64,000 bases of DNA from Hydrolagus affinis. Its lineage: Eukaryota. Every line of letters begins with the position of its first letter. Positions within the stretch are counted from its first letter, which is position 1. This document shows, piece by piece, positions 62,536 to 64,000 of the stretch. The position numbers and the translations under genes are program-made. The notes beneath the pieces are model-generated. The model did not search any database. It worked only from the letters and a program-made list of their open reading frames with translations, and was not told the origin of the DNA. The stretch is taken from contig JAAILG010000183.1 in NCBI GenBank assembly GCA_012026655.1, positions 1 to 64,000 of the forward strand, given 5' to 3'.

Positions 62536-64000
62536 TGGCAATCGGGCCCTAGATCAACTGAAAGGTTTACTATTATTATTGTTGTTGTCATTGCCACCTA
62601 AGCTACACCACATTAAGCAGTAGTTCTGGAAACAATTAGTAACCTGGATTGTAGCAGAGTGACATAGTGTGTGGGAGTTACCAATGCATTGACACTGCAG
62701 TAGGCTGATCAATTGCCGGCGCACATCTATAACTCCTGTTCTCAATAAAATGCTGAGGTTCCAAACATATCTTTTGGGTTCTGGGTGCTGAAAGGAGTAC
62801 TCAGAGGAATGGTCAGCAAATCTTTTGGATATATTCGATTGTAGATGATAATTTAATGCCATTTAATCATACAAATGATGAGTAATCTTCAACGGAGTTT
62901 ATTTACTCGTTCAGCATGTTACATTCTCCAAATCTCTTTCAATTTTCTCTGCATCGGGTTCTTGTTACAACCTAGAACCGTGGCCTTTTTGTTAAAGCAG
63001 CCTTGCAAAGTTTGTCATCAAAATGCTGCTAAATCGTACGAGTTGATACCATTTATGAAGGATGTAGGACAGCAGTTACTGAGGAGACAAAAGATGTTCT
63101 GGGAGCCAGACCACCCCCACCACCCTCCAAAATGCACAACGGCCTTTGAAATTTGAACTGCTCCACACAAATAAACTTTAAACCTAAAATACAAGCTTCA
63201 TTTCCCGAGAGTTTACCTTATCTCTAACCACTAAATATTTCATATAGTTCAATAAAATGCCGTAAACCCCTTCCCTCCAGACTGTAAAGCTTAATTGTCT
63301 CTAATCTTTCTTTATATCCTCTTCCATTCACATCTGGGATCTGTCTTGCTGCCCCTCTCTGTATCTTATTTTATGTAAGTACTCATTTTTATGGTATAAT
63401 GACCAAATCTGACAGTATTGTATACTTAACTAGGGTCTGACCACTTCACTGTGAAACCTCAGCAAAACATATGTAGATGTATATTCTACTGCTTTGACTA
63501 GAGCAATCCATCAGCTTTTTAATATTTTCACCGTATTGCATGTCAAAAGGGAAACATGTATTGCACTAGTTCTGAGGTTTCTCATCCATTCATTGTAATG
63601 TTACACAACTTTTTACCCTCTTTAGCTGTCAGATTCGTTCAGCTGGTATCACTCTCACATCCAGGTCAAAAGTTTGTGATTTCAAGCCCCACTTCGGAAG
63701 TTGAGCACACAATCTAGCTGACAATCCAGTGCAACATTAGGGGAGTTTTGCTTTGTTAGAGATGTTGTCCTTCAGTTGAGTTAAAACAAGGTATTTGGAG
63801 TTGAGGCACAGATCAGCCATGATCGAATAGAATGGCAAAACTGGCTTGAGGAGCCGAAAGGCCTACTTTTGTTGCTACGAGACCTCTCTGCCTCAGATGA
63901 TGTTAAACATGACTATTTATGGGACTAAACAGTTGCAAAATAATAGTTTGGCCACTCAATCCACGACTGTTTGTGGGACACTTCTGTGCGCAATTGGTCA

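Larger units (their letters stand above)
1..64000. mobile_element. Dominant tRNA-derived SINE family (about 300-370 bp), roughly 30 or more full or partial copies in both orientations across the window
   Basis: The recurrent head gtggagtcctgtagctcagtggttagagcactcgccttgcaagcgagagacctgggttcgattcc carries Pol III A/B boxes and a tRNA-like cloverleaf. The body contains ccttactccacacgcc. The 3' end is gactgtttgtgggacactgctgtg...gtgaagcgctttgagacgtct...gcgctatatcaaatgcaaggattattatt with an (ATT)n tail. Confidence 0.92.

Noticed and set aside
182-63156. The many 60-174 aa ORFs in the supplied track
   Set aside because: Only four overlap real E1 exons in frame (29670-29903, 42715-42942, 47712-47939, 58942-59199). 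The rest are SINE/LINE-derived or random, with no recognisable domains.

Overview
This is AT-rich eukaryotic (vertebrate) genomic DNA, not prokaryotic. The repeat content (DeuSINE-type and tRNA-head SINEs, L2 and CR1 LINE ends, a Penelope-type hairpin) points to a cartilaginous fish, possibly a chimaera; this is an inference. The only protein-coding gene I can support is a split, minus-strand ubiquitin-like E1 activating enzyme, most likely UBA7 (alternatively a divergent UBA1 paralog). Six GT-AG exons (59212-59017, 53753-53679, 47948-47759, 46747-46659, 42864-42772, 29894-29703) splice in frame to about 278 codons, covering the second catalytic-Cys half-domain and the C-terminal part of the adenylation domain. 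The 5' exons lie beyond the right edge. I could not find the three expected C-terminal (UFD) exons in the remaining 29.7 kb. Almost all ORF-track entries are spurious or repeat-derived. The most unusual structures are two non-SINE inverted duplications in the first 8.5 kb (one 84/85 identical, enclosing a decayed ~40-bp tandem array), a Penelope-type hairpin with a degenerate hammerhead-like core, a three-level nested insertion, a SINE subfamily with a shared internal deletion, an unclassified 4-copy repeat, and repeat-free enhancer-like islands. I do not see a convincing new multi-gene system. Repeat boundaries were read by eye and are approximate.
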